A stretch of DNA of 64,000 nucleotides from Spongospora subterranea f. sp. subterranea. Its lineage: Eukaryota. Positions 1 through 12,829 of the stretch are shown in pieces (the stretch's first letter is position 1; every line of letters begins with the position of its first letter). Under the pieces are notes generated by a model that made no database searches, was not told the origin of the DNA, and worked only from the letters and a program-made list of their open reading frames with translations. The stretch is from the NCBI GenBank assembly GCA_049724395.1, contig JAUGWO010000118.1, positions 1 through 64,000 of the forward strand, written 5' to 3'. Position numbers and translations under genes: made by a program.

Positions 1-804
1 AGCTGCCACAACTCCGCCTCCATTGGGAGTGAACTCGTTCGAACGTGGTCTGGCACCACTTTTCAGGCTTGTTAGCTTGGGCGCTTTGTTGTGATCAGAG
101 CTGCTTGAGGACTGGTAATCATCCTCGCATATCGAGTCAGCTATAACCGAGAGGCTGGAACGAGGAGGGTACGGAAAAAACCCCTCTGAAACTGGGAGCA
201 CATGGACATTTGATTCGATGGCGAACTCGCCTGTGGCGGCAGGAATCCCCCTCAAATAAAATGTCGGCAGCTGAAAACAAAACCCATGGATTTTCCCTAA
301 AAATCGCATTTTTGGGTTTGACCTAACAACACAATCACCATCGTATTACAATTAATATAGAGCAGGATCAGAAATCAATTGACCTCAATCAGCTCGTCCC
401 ATGTTTGATCAGGTGCAGTTGGAAGTTGACGCTGTTCGTCCCATCCAAACCCGCTGTTATTCTTCAACTGTTTCAGCAGTTTCCAATTGCTTTTGAGCTG
501 TCAATTAATGGGAACCTGATTCCAGACTATGATCATAGCGTCCTGTGCATACCTCGTTCAGTTGTGATTTCAATTGACGGGATTCATAAACAGTGGCGAA
601 TTCCTTATTGAATGCCAAGGTAACAGCATGCCATGATTGCTTCTTGTACCCGTTTTCCGATTTTCCACACTTGACAACCTGCACTCAATGAGAGAGTGTT
701 GAAAATTTAAAAATCCAACTCGCCTCATCACTCATTAGCTCCATTAGACGTTGTTGCTTTTCCACCGTCCATTTAGCTCGTGCTTCTGATTTGGCAGCCA
801 CCAT
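1..804 (-). mobile_element. Myb/SANT-like DNA-binding protein gene of a PIF/Harbinger transposon (intron-containing, runs off the window start)
   Basis: Spliced minus-strand translation MVAAKSEARAKWTVEKQQRLMELM...GYKKQSWHAVTLAFNKEF...QLKSQLNE|LKSNWKLLKQLKNNSGFGWDEQRQLPTAPDQTWDELIE...ATGEFA. The SGFGWD...WD motif is typical of Harbinger-associated Myb/SANT-like proteins. It lies next to a Harbinger-like TIR ending at 1035. Confidence 0.75.
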
Positions 805-923
805 ATTAAGAAATAGGAGTAGGTAGTTATAGAGGGTGCTGCTCTATGGTACCTACAGTTGATGCAATGCGGACCTTTTGATCGGGATGCTGCCAAACGC
901 ACGGGGAAACAGCAAATTGAAAC

Positions 924-1038
924 TTTGCAAAATTTTACCAGAATTTTGCAAACTAAGAATTTTGCAAAATTTTACCAGAATTTTGCAAACTAAGAATTTT
1001 GCAAAATTGCGGACCCGTGGCATCCAAACGGGACCTAA
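924..1038. mobile_element. PIF/Harbinger terminus: subterminal TTTGCAAA repeats, TIR ...CATCCAAACGGGACC, then TAA
   Basis: Reverse complement GGTCCCGTTTGG resembles PIF/Harbinger TIRs and is followed by TAA (1036-1038), the Harbinger target. A ~35-bp subterminal unit is tandemly duplicated. The same end recurs at 3631-3693, followed by TTA. Confidence 0.7.
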
Positions 1039-1476
1039 GAGTCAAATAGTCAGACCACATCAAGTCTGCAATTCTCTTTCGCCAGATCTTTACGGCTGAA
1101 TCACCTCGGCCGTCAGACGCCTGGTGGGTGTTCGCCATCCCATCTGACGCCTCCGTCTGCTGTTCTTTGAGCAGCCTTCAGCTAGCTCAATCAATCTGTT
1201 TAGAAGGTGTTAATCGATAGCTTTTTGCCTTCTGAACAATATGACACCTCGATTGTGTCTTTAACTTGAATAGCGGCTGCGCCGATAGAGTCCAAAGTTT
1301 GTATGTAAGAGAACATTTTTGAAATTTATATGGTGGAAAATCAAAATGCTCACAAAGTGCGTTCGCACATATTGCCGCATATTCTTACACACCGTGGCGC
1401 AAATTGTGACCCCGAGGATCGCAAATTTTACTGCGCAGTCCGGACTCAAAACTTGAAAATCATCAAACTGCTGACA

Positions 1477-3512
1477 ATGGCTCCCAAGAACTCTCGATGG
1501 AAGCAGCTAGCCGAAGCTAGAAATATCCAGAATCTAAAACGCATCTCTGCGACTATTGACAATAAGGAAGTTTGTCTTGAAGGTAATCAGTCGTCTGACA
1601 ACGAAAGCTACGTTATTTGCGATGATGACGATGACGTAGCCGTTGATGCTAACACATCAACGTTAGTTTGGATAAATGGTGCTGGATCCCATCTTCGCTC
1701 GTGTTATTCCGGTGATAGCGATACCACTCGGTGGCGGCGACAAAAAGAGCGTCAAGCTCGTATCAACTCAGTCGCAAACGTCCCTAAAATTACCAATTGG
1801 TTCAAACCGAGAAGTGCAACAGCTGAAATTGTCGCCGAAGTTTTTGAAGCGGAATCTCCGGAAGCAGTGGACGAGACTTTCATAGACATACCAACCGCAT
1901 TACAACTGTTATCCCGCCTCACATCAGTGACGAAGAACATCAAGACGAAAAGCGGCTCGCCCACGTGACCAAATATGATCTCCTTAGGTATCAAAGCATC
2001 GAGAAATACTCTATAGGACTTGTTCAAGGACTCTCGAGAACAAAAGCATCGTCCGAATCGGCAACAAATGTATTTCCAAGTTTAAGTGCTACCTGGCACG
2101 GTAGAACTATCAGAAAATGGGCGGAATTTTTTAGAAAGAATCAGAGATTGCCCGACCATAGCCAAGGTTTGCACTTCAAGGTGAAATCGTTTATTCACGA
2201 AGAAGACGTTGTCATTAACTGTCGAGGTTGGCTTCGATCTCAAAGGCACGATTTGATCTCAGCGCTTTCATTCTCAAAATGGGTTCAGGAGTCACTTCAT
2301 TTACAACTGGGGTTGCCGCGCCCGATCATTATCTCTGAACGAACTGCGTCGAGATGGATGCATGTTCTTGGACTAAAATATGGGGGTTACCAGAAGGGGT
2401 TGTATCAAGATGGCCACGAAAGGGCAGACGTTGTGTCATATCGACAAGATTTTCTACGGCGCATGAGGCAATACGATGAACGAATGATCAAGTTCGATGG
2501 GGACGATATGGAAGGTGAAATATTCTCTGACATTCCAGACGGAGTTAAGCAACTGATTCTTGTGACTCACCATGAATCTTGTTTCAGTTCTCATGATGGA
2601 AAAAAACACATCTGGATGGATAAAAATCATTTACCCATACGTCCCAAAGGGGAAGGGAAGAGTTTGATGGTATCGGAATTCTTATGTCAATGCCATGGTG
2701 CAATGAGATTATCGCCACAACTGCAAGCATTGCATCCTCTAATACCGTCAGCAACCGTAACCATAATCGAGCCTGGGAAGAACGCCGACGGTTATTGGAC
2801 CAATGCTGATTTGGTTAACCAGCTTCAAAAGAAAGTCATTCCGATTTTCAAGATTCTGCACCCCGAATCGCACGCGTTATTCCTGTTCGATAATTCTCAA
2901 AACCATCGTTCTCTACCTCCGAATGCCTTGAATGCCCGCGTGCTCAATCTTAGTGATGGTGGAGTCAAGACAAGACCCCAGCGAGATGGTTGGTTTGTTG
3001 ATGGCTCTGGTGCCAAAATAATTCAAAAGACGCAGACCGAAGCCGGTATCCAAAAAGGGGTCCGCTCAATTTTGAAAGAACGTAGCTTATGGGATAACAC
3101 TATGTCTTTAAAAGGATCTTGTGAAATTCTGCAGTCTCAACCTGATTTTCAACAACAGAAGCAATGGTTGAATGAGGTCGTTGAGTGTCACGATGGATTT
3201 ATTGTTGATTTCTATCCTAAGTTCCATTGTGAATTCAACTTCATAGAAATGTATTGGGCCGCGTGTAAGAGCTACACACGAAGAAACTGTACTTATTCCT
3301 TCAAGGACTTGAAATGCGTTGTTCCCCTGGCACTTCAGGCAGTGACCGTGTCCCAGATTCGTCGGTTTGCACGCAAATGCTTCAGATACATGGACGCCTA
3401 TCGCGTTAATGGTCCCGATGGCAACAGACTGACCATGCGCCAAGTAGAGTATGCTGTCAAAGTTTATAAGCGTCATAGAAGCTTGCCAGTTCGCATAATA
3501 AACGATCTTTGA
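1477..3512 (+). mobile_element. Tc1/mariner(IS630)-superfamily DDE transposase of the fungal/protist (Sagan-like) type, split by one frameshift near 1948
   Basis: Motifs YQDGHERADVVSYR, LVTHHES (expected HDES, so the first catalytic D appears lost), RPKGEGKSLMVSEFL, PGKNADGYW, FLFDNSQNH and PKFHCEFNFIEMYW. The right end ...GTCCGGTACTG+TA at 3630-3632 reads CAGT on the other strand, consistent with a TA-targeting TIR. Confidence 0.8.
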
Positions 3513-3630
3513 TTTGGGAAAAACAGGTGCAGTTGCACTTATATTTTGCGCCGTTGCGCATATTGTATCTGCGTACGCACTTTCTTATTTCCAATTTGAA
3601 ATGTCTGTGGTGTTAAGATGTCCGGTACTG

Positions 3631-3696
3631 TACCAGAATTTTGCAAACTAAGAATTTTGCAAAATTGCGGACCCGTGGCATCCAAACGGGACCTTA
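3631..3696. mobile_element. Second copy of the PIF/Harbinger terminus
   Basis: 63 bp identical to 973-1035, ending CCAAACGGGACC and followed by TTA. Confidence 0.7.
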
Positions 3697-4068
3697 ACAA
3701 AAATCTTGACTCGGGTCCCTAGAACTGATAATTTGTAGGTGATGAAAGCAGAACCGGACTCTCTCAACTTTATCCACAGCTTTCAGTTGTGGGTTCAGCG
3801 TGTTGGAATGGCGTATGAAAGAACCCTCTTTCAATCGGTGGAATATCGTTTTGTGGGCGATCAATTCAGTGCGGCCGCACCTTTTCACTGTCGAGAAGAA
3901 TTTTCTTTTTCCAACAGTTCCTTTTCTTCTAGGGCAAACAGTCGTTGATATGCCAGCTAACGCACTGTTTGTGGTGAGACCACATTTTCGACCATTCTCA
4001 ATTACATCATATTCGTCTGTAATTTGCTTGATCGACCCCCTTTCCAGTTTTCCATGAACGCTTCTCAT
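3694..4068 (-). pseudogene. Degenerate mariner-like (plant/oomycete DD39D-type) transposase N-terminal fragment
   Basis: PRRKGTVG and TIFHRLKEGSFIRHSNTLNPQLKAVDKVERVRFC resemble the HTH-linker region of these mariners. The fragment is truncated at the Harbinger TIR. Confidence 0.5.
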
Positions 4069-4690
4069 TGAAAGATTCTCGTAATTTTTTGACGAGCACT
4101 ATCTTTCAATTCGATTTTGGCAGGGAGGTTTTCTTTAACAGCATGAGCGGGGTCCAGTTCCTGGATAGCGGCACCGCCCGATGATCCCATCTCTAGCATT
4201 CGAACAGTTTTCGATAATATTTTCCATGTTTTAGATTGAATGAGGCGAACTCACGCCATGTCATCAACTGCTCTACGCATCATAGAGACCCACAACATTT
4301 ATAAAACCTTTTCCATGAATTGTTTGTTAACACTGACAACGCATCAACACCTACTTATTTTTTACAGAATTGTATTGGTAACGGAAAACGGAAGGCAACC
4401 ATGTAAATTTTTCAGCAATCCATTGAAAAATGTTGATATTGTTGTTAAAAATGATAAAACCGACAGTTCCAAAAAAGGAGGGACTAAAATCCAGGATTGA
4501 TCCCACAAAAGAACCCGACGTGGCCGCACAATCAACTGATCAGTGTAAACAATTAACAATGTCGCGAGCGACCCAGAATGAACCGACGCGGTTGAAGACG
4601 CTTCTGGACCTTCGTCTCTTTGTAACGCTTATCCTTTCCTTACAAATTGGTTCATAAACAATGCGATGCAAACCGGATGGGATGAGGAAA

Positions 4691-5016
4691 TTATCTATTA
4701 ATAATATGCTGAGGATTAACAAAATCCCCATCAAATACAACGCCTTCGTTTTCCAGGAGTTTTTTCTTCTTGATCATCATGGGATGCATTTTATCTGTCT
4801 GTCCCATAAACCCTCCTAGAGTTCTATCAGCCTTGATCACTCGATGGCAAGGCACCTCAGGTGCATACGGATTTCGTCGTAATGCAGTCCCTACAGCCCG
4901 AGCGCTACTTCCTAGTATCCTGGCTATGTATCCATAGGTATACACCGTTCCACGAGGAATCTTGCGGCAGATATCGTATACCGACATTGCAAACACAGAA
5001 CACGGAGCGACGCCAT
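4691..5016 (-). CDS. MGMT: O6-methylguanine-DNA methyltransferase (single C-terminal domain form)
   Basis: IPRGTVYTYG...ARAVGTAL..NP...VPCHRV active-site motif. ATG at 5016 joins the ORF if one base is restored near 5000 (MASLRVSVFAMS). Confidence 0.85.
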
Positions 5017-6357
5017 TACTGCAAACGGTACTGGCTGGATCTAGATCACTTACTGAACGTTGACGTCGTCAATAAACACAAATATACGGCCAATAGAACA
5101 CTTACTAGCATTGATAGACGGTTTCATTCGAAATTCCGGATTACGGAAAGGTCAGGCAGATGCGACGGCAAATAGCCAACGACTGATTTGCGCAACTGCA
5201 GCCCTTTCACTGGAAAATGGAAGCGGCCTCCGGAAACAAATCAACAAATTTTAGACACTGAGAAGACAAACAGTCATCGCCTTGGTCTATCTCCCTTCCC
5301 TGTAAGCTATTCTTCTTTCCACTCAGCCAACGCCGCCCCTCGTGACGAATTGACGCACCAAAGACCTCCCCCACCTTAAAACGAAACTCCAAACAATTTT
5401 GCAACTCATTCGTTATCTCATCTTATTATATTTTTTTATCACATCAAGTATTCATCAACACCTTCTTATATATCTTCTTGCCAAATCGACCACTTGTTTT
5501 TTCAATCTCCTGCTCAATCTCCCTCGTAATTTCTAATGCAACCTCTTTCACATCACTATCATCGCACCAGCACATCAATCTATAAATCTACTACCTCATC
5601 CACTTTTCAATTTTTCACACGATTCAGTGGCCAATTATCAAAGGTTTTACGAAGACAAAATCCACCAGTCATTCTCTCTCTTGGTTGCTTCGCCGCGCTA
5701 ATCATAGCATTCATCAACCATTCTTAAGTTCAAAATTCAGCATACTGTTTAGTTCGAGATACGGCTTATGATAATTTATGAATTGCTGTTAAGAAATGAT
5801 GAATATTGAAATTGCTACTGCGACAGTGTTGCCTTCCTTTTCATTCGCAAGGCGCCGGCGCGCGGCACGCCAAACTCCTGTCGTATCTTGAATGTGGATC
5901 GATCATTGAGAAGCCTGGGCTTCCTGGCATAGATTCTGCCAAAGCGATGATCCCAAACTGTGCACAATGCAAGCGAAGAAGTCAGAAACCGACAATGATT
6001 GTCCACTGATGATACGACATCAAATGTCAGCCATGTTGATGATACACAAGACAATGCGAGCGTTACGATACAGTGCACTTCATATCTACACATGAGTCCT
6101 TGTAGGAGAGACCCTTTGAACGTCATGACTGACTGGATTTCTGGCTGTGGCCGCACTGTCAATCAGCAGAACCACTTGATGACTGACGGTTGAAATATGG
6201 TATCGCAATTTGCTTAACAGTCTCACCGTCGAAAACAAATCCGAATGTGAGAACTGGATGATGGCATCTTCCTTCCGCTCGTCATTCGTCAATTCGTTGA
6301 ATTCAGTCAGGATCAAGTTCAGGATCGAGTTTGAGTGTGTTTTTTTTGCAAGTCAAA

Positions 6358-8827
6358 ATGCTGTGGTGGACTTCGTATCTCGTAGTGGCGCTTACGTGTC
6401 AACTTTGCTATGCTGCTAAGGCTCCGTATGAAGACCTTCCGAGTACTTACGGAAAGAAACCTGCGTACGAGAGCAAATCTGAATACGGCGATCCACAATA
6501 CACTGACAACGTCGAACAAAAGTATCCTCAATACGCCAATCCCAAGCCAAAGGACTCTGAGTCTGATAAGCCAAAGTACCCTGCGAAGGATTACGAATAT
6601 GTCGAAAGAAGTAACTTTTCCACGTCCAAGACAAAAAATGATGGGAATGATGACTACGGCAGCACCAAAGTCAAGCCCAAGGATCGTCGTACAGCAGAGG
6701 ATTACAAATACGATAAAGATCTTGACAAGGAAAAGGATTCCAAGTACGGCAAGCAGCGCAAAGATTACGAGTACGGCAAATCCAAGGATTCCGAAAACGG
6801 CAAGCCCAAGGATTCTGAGTACGACAAGCCCAAGGATTATGAATACGGCAAGCGCAAAGATTACGAGTACAGCAAGCCCAAGGATTCTGAGTACGACAAG
6901 CCCAAGGATTATGAATACGGCAAGCGCAAAGATTACGAGTACAGCAAGCCCAAGGATTATGAATACGGCAAGCGCCAAGATTACGAGTACGAGGATTCTG
7001 AGGACGACAAGCCCAAGGATTATGAATACGGCAAGCGCAAAGATTACGAGCACGGCAAGTCCAAGGATTCTAGAGTACGACAAGCCCAAGGATTATGAAT
7101 ACGGCAAGCACAAAGATTACGAGTACGGCAAGTCCAAGGACTCTGAGGACGACAAGCCCAAGGATTATGAATACGGCAAGCGCAAAGATTACGAGTACGG
7201 CAAGTCCAAGGATTCTGAGTACGATAAGCCCAAGGATTATGAATACGGCAAGCGCAAAGATTACGAGTACGTCAAGCCCAAGGATTCTGAGTACAAGCCC
7301 AAGCATTACGAATACGGCAAGCGCAAAGATTACAAATACGGCAAGCCCAAGGATTCTGAGTACGACAAGTCCAAGGATAATGAGTATGATAAGCTCAGGG
7401 AATACAAACAAGGCAAGGTCAAGGATTATGAGTACGGCAACCCCTACGTTAAGGAGAAAGCTCATAAGTACAAAACCAAAATATCTGAGGAAAACTTCTA
7501 TGCTTATTCCAAGTCGAAAGGATCTGAATACGGCGAGCCCAAGGACGATTACCATCAAGTATCGGTTTCTGAACATCCTGAATACGCCATACAGAAGAAA
7601 TACGTTTATGGCAAACCCAAGGATGAATATGGGGAGTTTGATGAGGACAAGGCGAAGTACTATCAGTATGGAGGTCACCAGTTTTCGGAGTACGCCAAAC
7701 CAGAGTATCCCTTTGCAAAGGATTGCGAGTACCTCAAGCCCAAGTTTTCTGAATACGGCAAACCCGAGGAGTACGAGTATGTCAAGTATCCTGAATACGG
7801 CAAACCCAAGGATTATGAGTATGTCAAGACCAAGTATCCTGAATACGGCAAGCCCAGAGATTATGAGTATGTCAAGACCAAGTATCCTGAATACGGCAAG
7901 TCCAGGGATTATGAGTATGTCAAGACCAAATATCCTGAACACGGCAAGTCCAGGGATTATGAGTATGTCAAGACCAAGTATCCTGAACACGGCAAACCCA
8001 AGGATTATGAGTATGTTAAACATAGGTATCCTGAACACGGCAAACCCAAGGATTATGAGTATGTCAAGCATAAGTATCCTGAAAACGGCAAACCCAAGGA
8101 TTATGAGTATGTCAAGCATAAGTTTTTTGAATACGGCAAGCCCAAGGATTATGAGTATGTCAAGCCCAAGTATCCTGAATACGGCAAGCCCAAGGATTAT
8201 GAACACGGGAAGTCCAAGTATTCCAAGTATGACAAAGTAATCGTTGTATACCGCAAGCCGAAGTATGGTGGCAAAGACAACTACCAATACGAAGAGCCCA
8301 AGGATTACGAGTACGGCAAGCCCAAGGATTACGAGTACGGCAAGCCCAAGGATTATGGTCAATTAGAGGATTACGAGTACGGCAAGCCCAAGAAATATGG
8401 CAAACCAGAGGATTATGAGTACGGCAAGCCCAAGGATTATGGTCAACCAGAGGATTATGAGTACGGCAAGCCCAAGAATGGCAAACCAGAGGATTATGAG
8501 TACGGCAAGCGCAAGGATTTTGGAAAGCCAGAGGATTATGACATTTCAGAGGGTTATATGTACGGCAAGCCCAAGAACCATGGCGAACCAGATAAGGGTT
8601 ACGAACACGGTAAACCCAAGAATTCTGTTTACAGCAAGCAGAAGGACTATGGCAAACCAGAGGAGGATTACGAGTGCGAGGATGGCAAATCCAAATGTTC
8701 TGGATCTGGTACGCCCAAGGGCTATGCGAAGCCAGAGGAGGCTTATGAGCATGACAATCCTAAATATGTGGAGTACGACAAGCCCAAGCGTTATGGCAAA
8801 CCTGAGCCCCTCGAACAAAACACTTAG
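6358..8827 (+). CDS. Secreted, highly repetitive Lys/Tyr/Asp/Glu/Gly/Pro-rich protein (~820 aa), possibly structural (wall/adhesive)
   Basis: Signal-peptide-like MLWWTSYLVVALTCQLCYA followed by dozens of KPKDYEYG / KYPEYGKPKDYEYV repeats. The two ORFs join if one extra A at ~7072 is removed (gattctAgagtacgac vs repeat consensus gattctgagtacgac). Confidence 0.8.
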
Positions 8828-9598
8828 AGATACAGATACACTAATAAACATTCTCACTTATGATTAGGCTTCTTTATCAAGTCCTCAGGTCTAGATTCCA
8901 AAAACATCCACTAATAAGACGTTGTTTAACCGTGTGAAAGCTTCTGAAGGCAAAACACAGATCCGAAACTATTACTTTCAAAGTCTGAAACACTTGGTTC
9001 TGAGGACCTTGCGAAGGAATCAAACGCCTGGGAATTCATCTTCGTACAGTATCGTTTCTTGGCGCACAGCTGACGAGATCTTGCAATGCCGTTAATGCAC
9101 TTTTGCAAGTTTCGATGACAATTTTTGACCAGCTTCTTCAAGTGCAGAGCAACATGATCGATGTTGTATTACCCCGAAAAAAACGTTATGGATGAAACAA
9201 AGACCTTAACAGCCATGACGTGGGAGATTTATCCTCAGTATACCAAAAAAAGCCCCGATATTCTTTGTCCTTTGGCTGGCCAATGGTCAAATGGACGTTT
9301 CAGACCTGCCTTGATCTGGCTGCGCTCATTCTTCATGTTGCTGCAGCGGCCCGCGCTCGGTGTGGCCTCCTACGCCTACTGTAGATCATCCGCGGCCGGT
9401 GTACCGTACTGGGTCCGTACTGTGCTACATAGGGCAGGCATCAGTCAACGCTCACTGCGTCCTTCCATTCACTGTTGAGACAGGTTGAGACTTTCTGGAG
9501 TTCCTCAATCCTCATTGTAATCTGCATTATATCTTTCCAAACTTTTTCACAGCCGCTGCAGTTTACCCGAAATTGCCAGGGCGGCATCCCTATTCGCC

Positions 9599-10295
9599 AT
9601 GGCTGAAATCATGAATGAATTTCGCGCTATTCCGCCAGTTACGCGATCATATCTTGTTGCCGCCGTTGTCACAACGACATTATGCTCTCTCGACATTGTA
9701 TCTCCTTATTCCTTGTTTCTTTCTTGGCCAGCCGTCGTGAAACAAGGCCAAGTATGGCGACTAGTCACTACTTTCCTTTTCTTTGGCGCTCGTTTCTCTA
9801 TCGATTTTCTATTTCATCTGTTTTTTTCTGGTTCGATATATCGGGTCTCTTGAGACAGGATCGTACAGATCTCGCCCAGCGTCTTTTGCCTATATGATCG
9901 CTTTCGGTTCTATCTGCATGCTGATTATCGGACCCTTTTTCCGCTTGACTTTCCTAGGCTCCTCGCTAACGTTCATGATGGTATACATTTGGGCCCGTCG
10001 TAACCCTTACTCGCAAATGAACCTTTTGGGGCTAATCAATTTCACTGCACCATATCTTCCGTGGGTTTTACTTGCGTTTTCTGTGGTTCTTGGCGGAACG
10101 GGTATTGTTGACATGTTGGGCATTGCTATCGGTCATCTGTATTATTTTTTGGAAGATGTATATCCCACAATAACGAGGCCAAGCAGGCGCTTATTGAAGG
10201 TTTGCCGGCGCCATTGTTGTTTTTTCTCGTATCCTGACGCGATTGTTTTCCTATAGACACCTAGGTTTCTGAAAGTGATGATGCATGAAGATTGA
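9599..10295 (+). CDS. DER1: Derlin (Der1-like ERAD membrane protein)
   Basis: IPPVTRSY, QVWRLVTTFLFFG, YIWARRNP, APYLPWVLL and GHLYYFLEDVYP motifs. Extra T in the run at 9821-9827. Intron 10200-10256; last exon TPRFLKVMMHED*. Confidence 0.92.
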
Positions 10296-10403
10296 AAATT
10301 CCACGCAGGACAATAAGATCTAGCGAGATATGATGTTCTGCAACATATAAATAGATATTATAATATACTAATTCAGGTAAATTCTTGAGTAGACTCGCTA
10401 ACA

Positions 10404-11287
10404 TCATGCAATATGTTCCGATAAGCCATGGCATAATATCGAACCAGCGGTTTTAACTTGCCGAGAAATTTCAACAGGAATAGCAGCGGCCATCACCGTG
10501 CTTTTAATGGTATCACTTAGAAAAACCCACGTATTGATATTATCTTGAGAACGGTCAGATATCAAGAAGAGTTCTGTGGCTGGAAGGAACGAGGCGATCA
10601 TAAGCGTGTGAGTCCCCATCAAAGCGAGGATTAAGTACCTATGTAAACTGAGCCCACAGCGGCTCTGGAAATATACCAATCACTTCTAACTGCCTAAACG
10701 GCCATAAGACAAATGTCAGATAGAAAAATTAATCCATCTATACCTTATCATTCGCGAAATGCACAATGTCGTCAAACCAGTTTACAAGAATTTTCGCTGT
10801 TTCTAGGGAATTCTGTGGCAGTGCACCCATAGCCATTGCTTGAGGCCAATGATCTAAGTATGGGATATTCTCCTGAAGACGAGTCTTGATTGCTTTCTCA
10901 ATCAACTCAGATCTGTTGAATCTGAATGGAATTGGCATATATTACAGATCATTACCTCCAGGAAAACGTGGTGCAAATTTACTTATCGAAATCCGATTCA
11001 GTAGATAGTGTTTTTATGGAATCTCGGTTAGATTTCTCAATGAAGTGGTAAACAAGATCAATCGGCCCACGTCCAAGCATTCCGTGTGCCATCGGAGATA
11101 TACCCAGTTCATGGGCGGCAGCTGTAATGGCATTAGTCGTCCATCCAAATTGAGGAACGAATCGCATCGCTGACGAGAGCAAAGCGGTCCTCATTCCGCG
11201 AACCAATCAATCGAATATCCAAAATGATTGGAAAAACACCCTGGTGCTTAAATAGCGATAGACAGCGGATTGCGCCACGGAGTTCAT
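10404..11287 (-). CDS. COQ9: Ubiquinone biosynthesis protein COQ9 (multi-exon)
   Basis: Exons encode VPQFGWTTNAI...MAHGMLGRGPIDLV, RLQENIPYLDHWPQAMA, WYISRAAVGSVY and ELFLISDRSQDNINTWVFL. The 5' end is approximate. Confidence 0.85.
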
Positions 11288-11410
11288 TGGCACGGAGTGG
11301 ACCTCACTGAGTCACAGCGGATCTCTTCCTTGATCCTTCACCTGGATTCCTGTAATACCAGATATTCATTCTGGAATTACTCCACCATTCCAACAAAGTG
11401 CTGGGTTTCG

Positions 11411-12043
11411 ATGGGGAAAGCCAATAGGGGGAAGAAGTCTAAGAACAATGGTCGCAGTAAATATAAGCTGTTAAGCACCGAACCAAATCAATTTGGGGAT
11501 TTTTCCATCACAACCCCTAAGAGGAAGCGGATGCTACCTATTAAAAGGAGATCGGATAAGGACAAAGCCGACGAAGGCGAAGAGAAACATCACACGAAGG
11601 GAAATGGAAAGGACATTGGTAAAGGATACTTGAAGTTCAATGATAAGGGCAAAAAGGGATCTGGAAAAAACATTGATGTTAAAAAATTTGGGAGGGTCAA
11701 TGAGAAGGTGAAAAATAAGCACAATTACTCTAAAGGATTAGTATTTTCTCAGCGCAAAGAAGTCTGCACATCTTATAATATGGACAAAAGAGATCCCCCT
11801 AAGGAATTGGGAAAGAAAACGTTTCCTTGGGCTAAGCAGTCAAATACACCGACTTCTAAGGCAAGAAAATACCAGGGTAAAACAACAGGGAATTTGAGTA
11901 TTCGTATGAACAAAGGTCGGAAAGACGTTCAGAACAAGAATTCAAAAGTCTTGCTAAAAGGATCATCAATCAGCAATCGCCAACATGGAAAGTCTACCAG
12001 TGGTTGGTCGAAGAAAATAATTAAACAACGTGTATCGCGATAG
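11411..12043 (+). CDS. Lysine-rich basic hypothetical protein (~210 aa)
   Basis: Uninterrupted ORF from ATG 11411 with strong K/G/N bias and no recognisable domain. Confidence 0.5.
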   Translation: MGKANRGKKSKNNGRSKYKLLSTEPNQFGDFSITTPKRKRMLPIKRRSDKDKADEGEEKHHTKGNGKDIGKGYLKFNDKGKKGSGKNIDVKKFGRVNEKVKNKHNYSKGLVFSQRKEVCTSYNMDKRDPPKELGKKTFPWAKQSNTPTSKARKYQGKTTGNLSIRMNKGRKDVQNKNSKVLLKGSSISNRQHGKSTSGWSKKIIKQRVSR

Positions 12044-12105
12044 TAGCCGTCTTCTTATAAAATGCCTTCTTGTTGAAACTAATGAATGTTTATGAATCTG
12101 TTCGA

Positions 12106-12501
12106 TTAATCATCGTAGTCCATGGCCTCAAAGAACATATCCCTGAACTGCAGTAATGTCCCTCTTGCCTTCATAAGTCGTTGCCGCGCCTTTTTAGGGT
12201 TTATCGCCATCTATTGAATGCGGTCAGATCTATGACGTTGAGACCTATTGCATTGCAATACCGCATCTGTGGCCGAGGCGAATTCAGCCGCGCTGGCTAC
12301 GAACAATTCTGAACATTGAACATCGCCGACGGTCTTGAATGGATAGAAAGTCTGATCATTGCAGTATGTGGCAATCGATAAACTGGCAACACCTTGACCT
12401 GGACAGATTGTTATGACCACATTATATGATGGAACAATGAGCTGCTTTAGACGGCGGCCACCATTGTCAGTAGTCTCGACTACCAACGCCAATACAGCCA
12501 T
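12106..12501 (-). CDS. Hypothetical protein (probably 2 exons)
   Basis: ORF MAVLALVVETT... A plausible ~51-nt GT..AG intron joins it to MAINPKKARQRLMKARG...DYDD*. Confidence 0.3.
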
Positions 12502-12829
12502 TGTTATAATGAGAATTCGAGATGACTCGGCCTTGCAATTATCGACCGATATCTTGATGAGGATTGACCCATATAGGGTACCAGCAGGCGAATATCGCTG
12601 ATCATGAATATGGTGTTCCCGCGCTCTACGCCGTCTTCATTGATACCTGGGGCATATCCTGTTGGTTATCTCCATCTGGAGCAACCTTATTCCTAATCCA
12701 CCACAGACTGGTGGTTGGTCTGGCTATAGACTGACCAGTCCCTTCAATATTCCACTCGAGTTCTACACCCGATTACACCAGGTCAATCTGGCCAACAACC
12801 AACAGAGAGGTGAAGAGAGAGAGACAGGA

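Noticed and set aside
1930..1970. Programmed frameshift or two-gene operon for the transposase
   Set aside because: One missing base restores KTEKRLAHVTKY, and similar indels occur throughout the window.
1..4100. Fanzor/TnpB cargo associated with the Tc1/mariner elements
   Set aside because: No RuvC or zinc-finger motifs of that family were seen in any frame I examined.
6319..8362. Long hydrophobic minus-strand ORFs and S/T/R-rich alternative-frame ORFs
   Set aside because: Shadow frames of the K/D/Y/E repeat gene. The repetitive codons simply lack stops in those frames.
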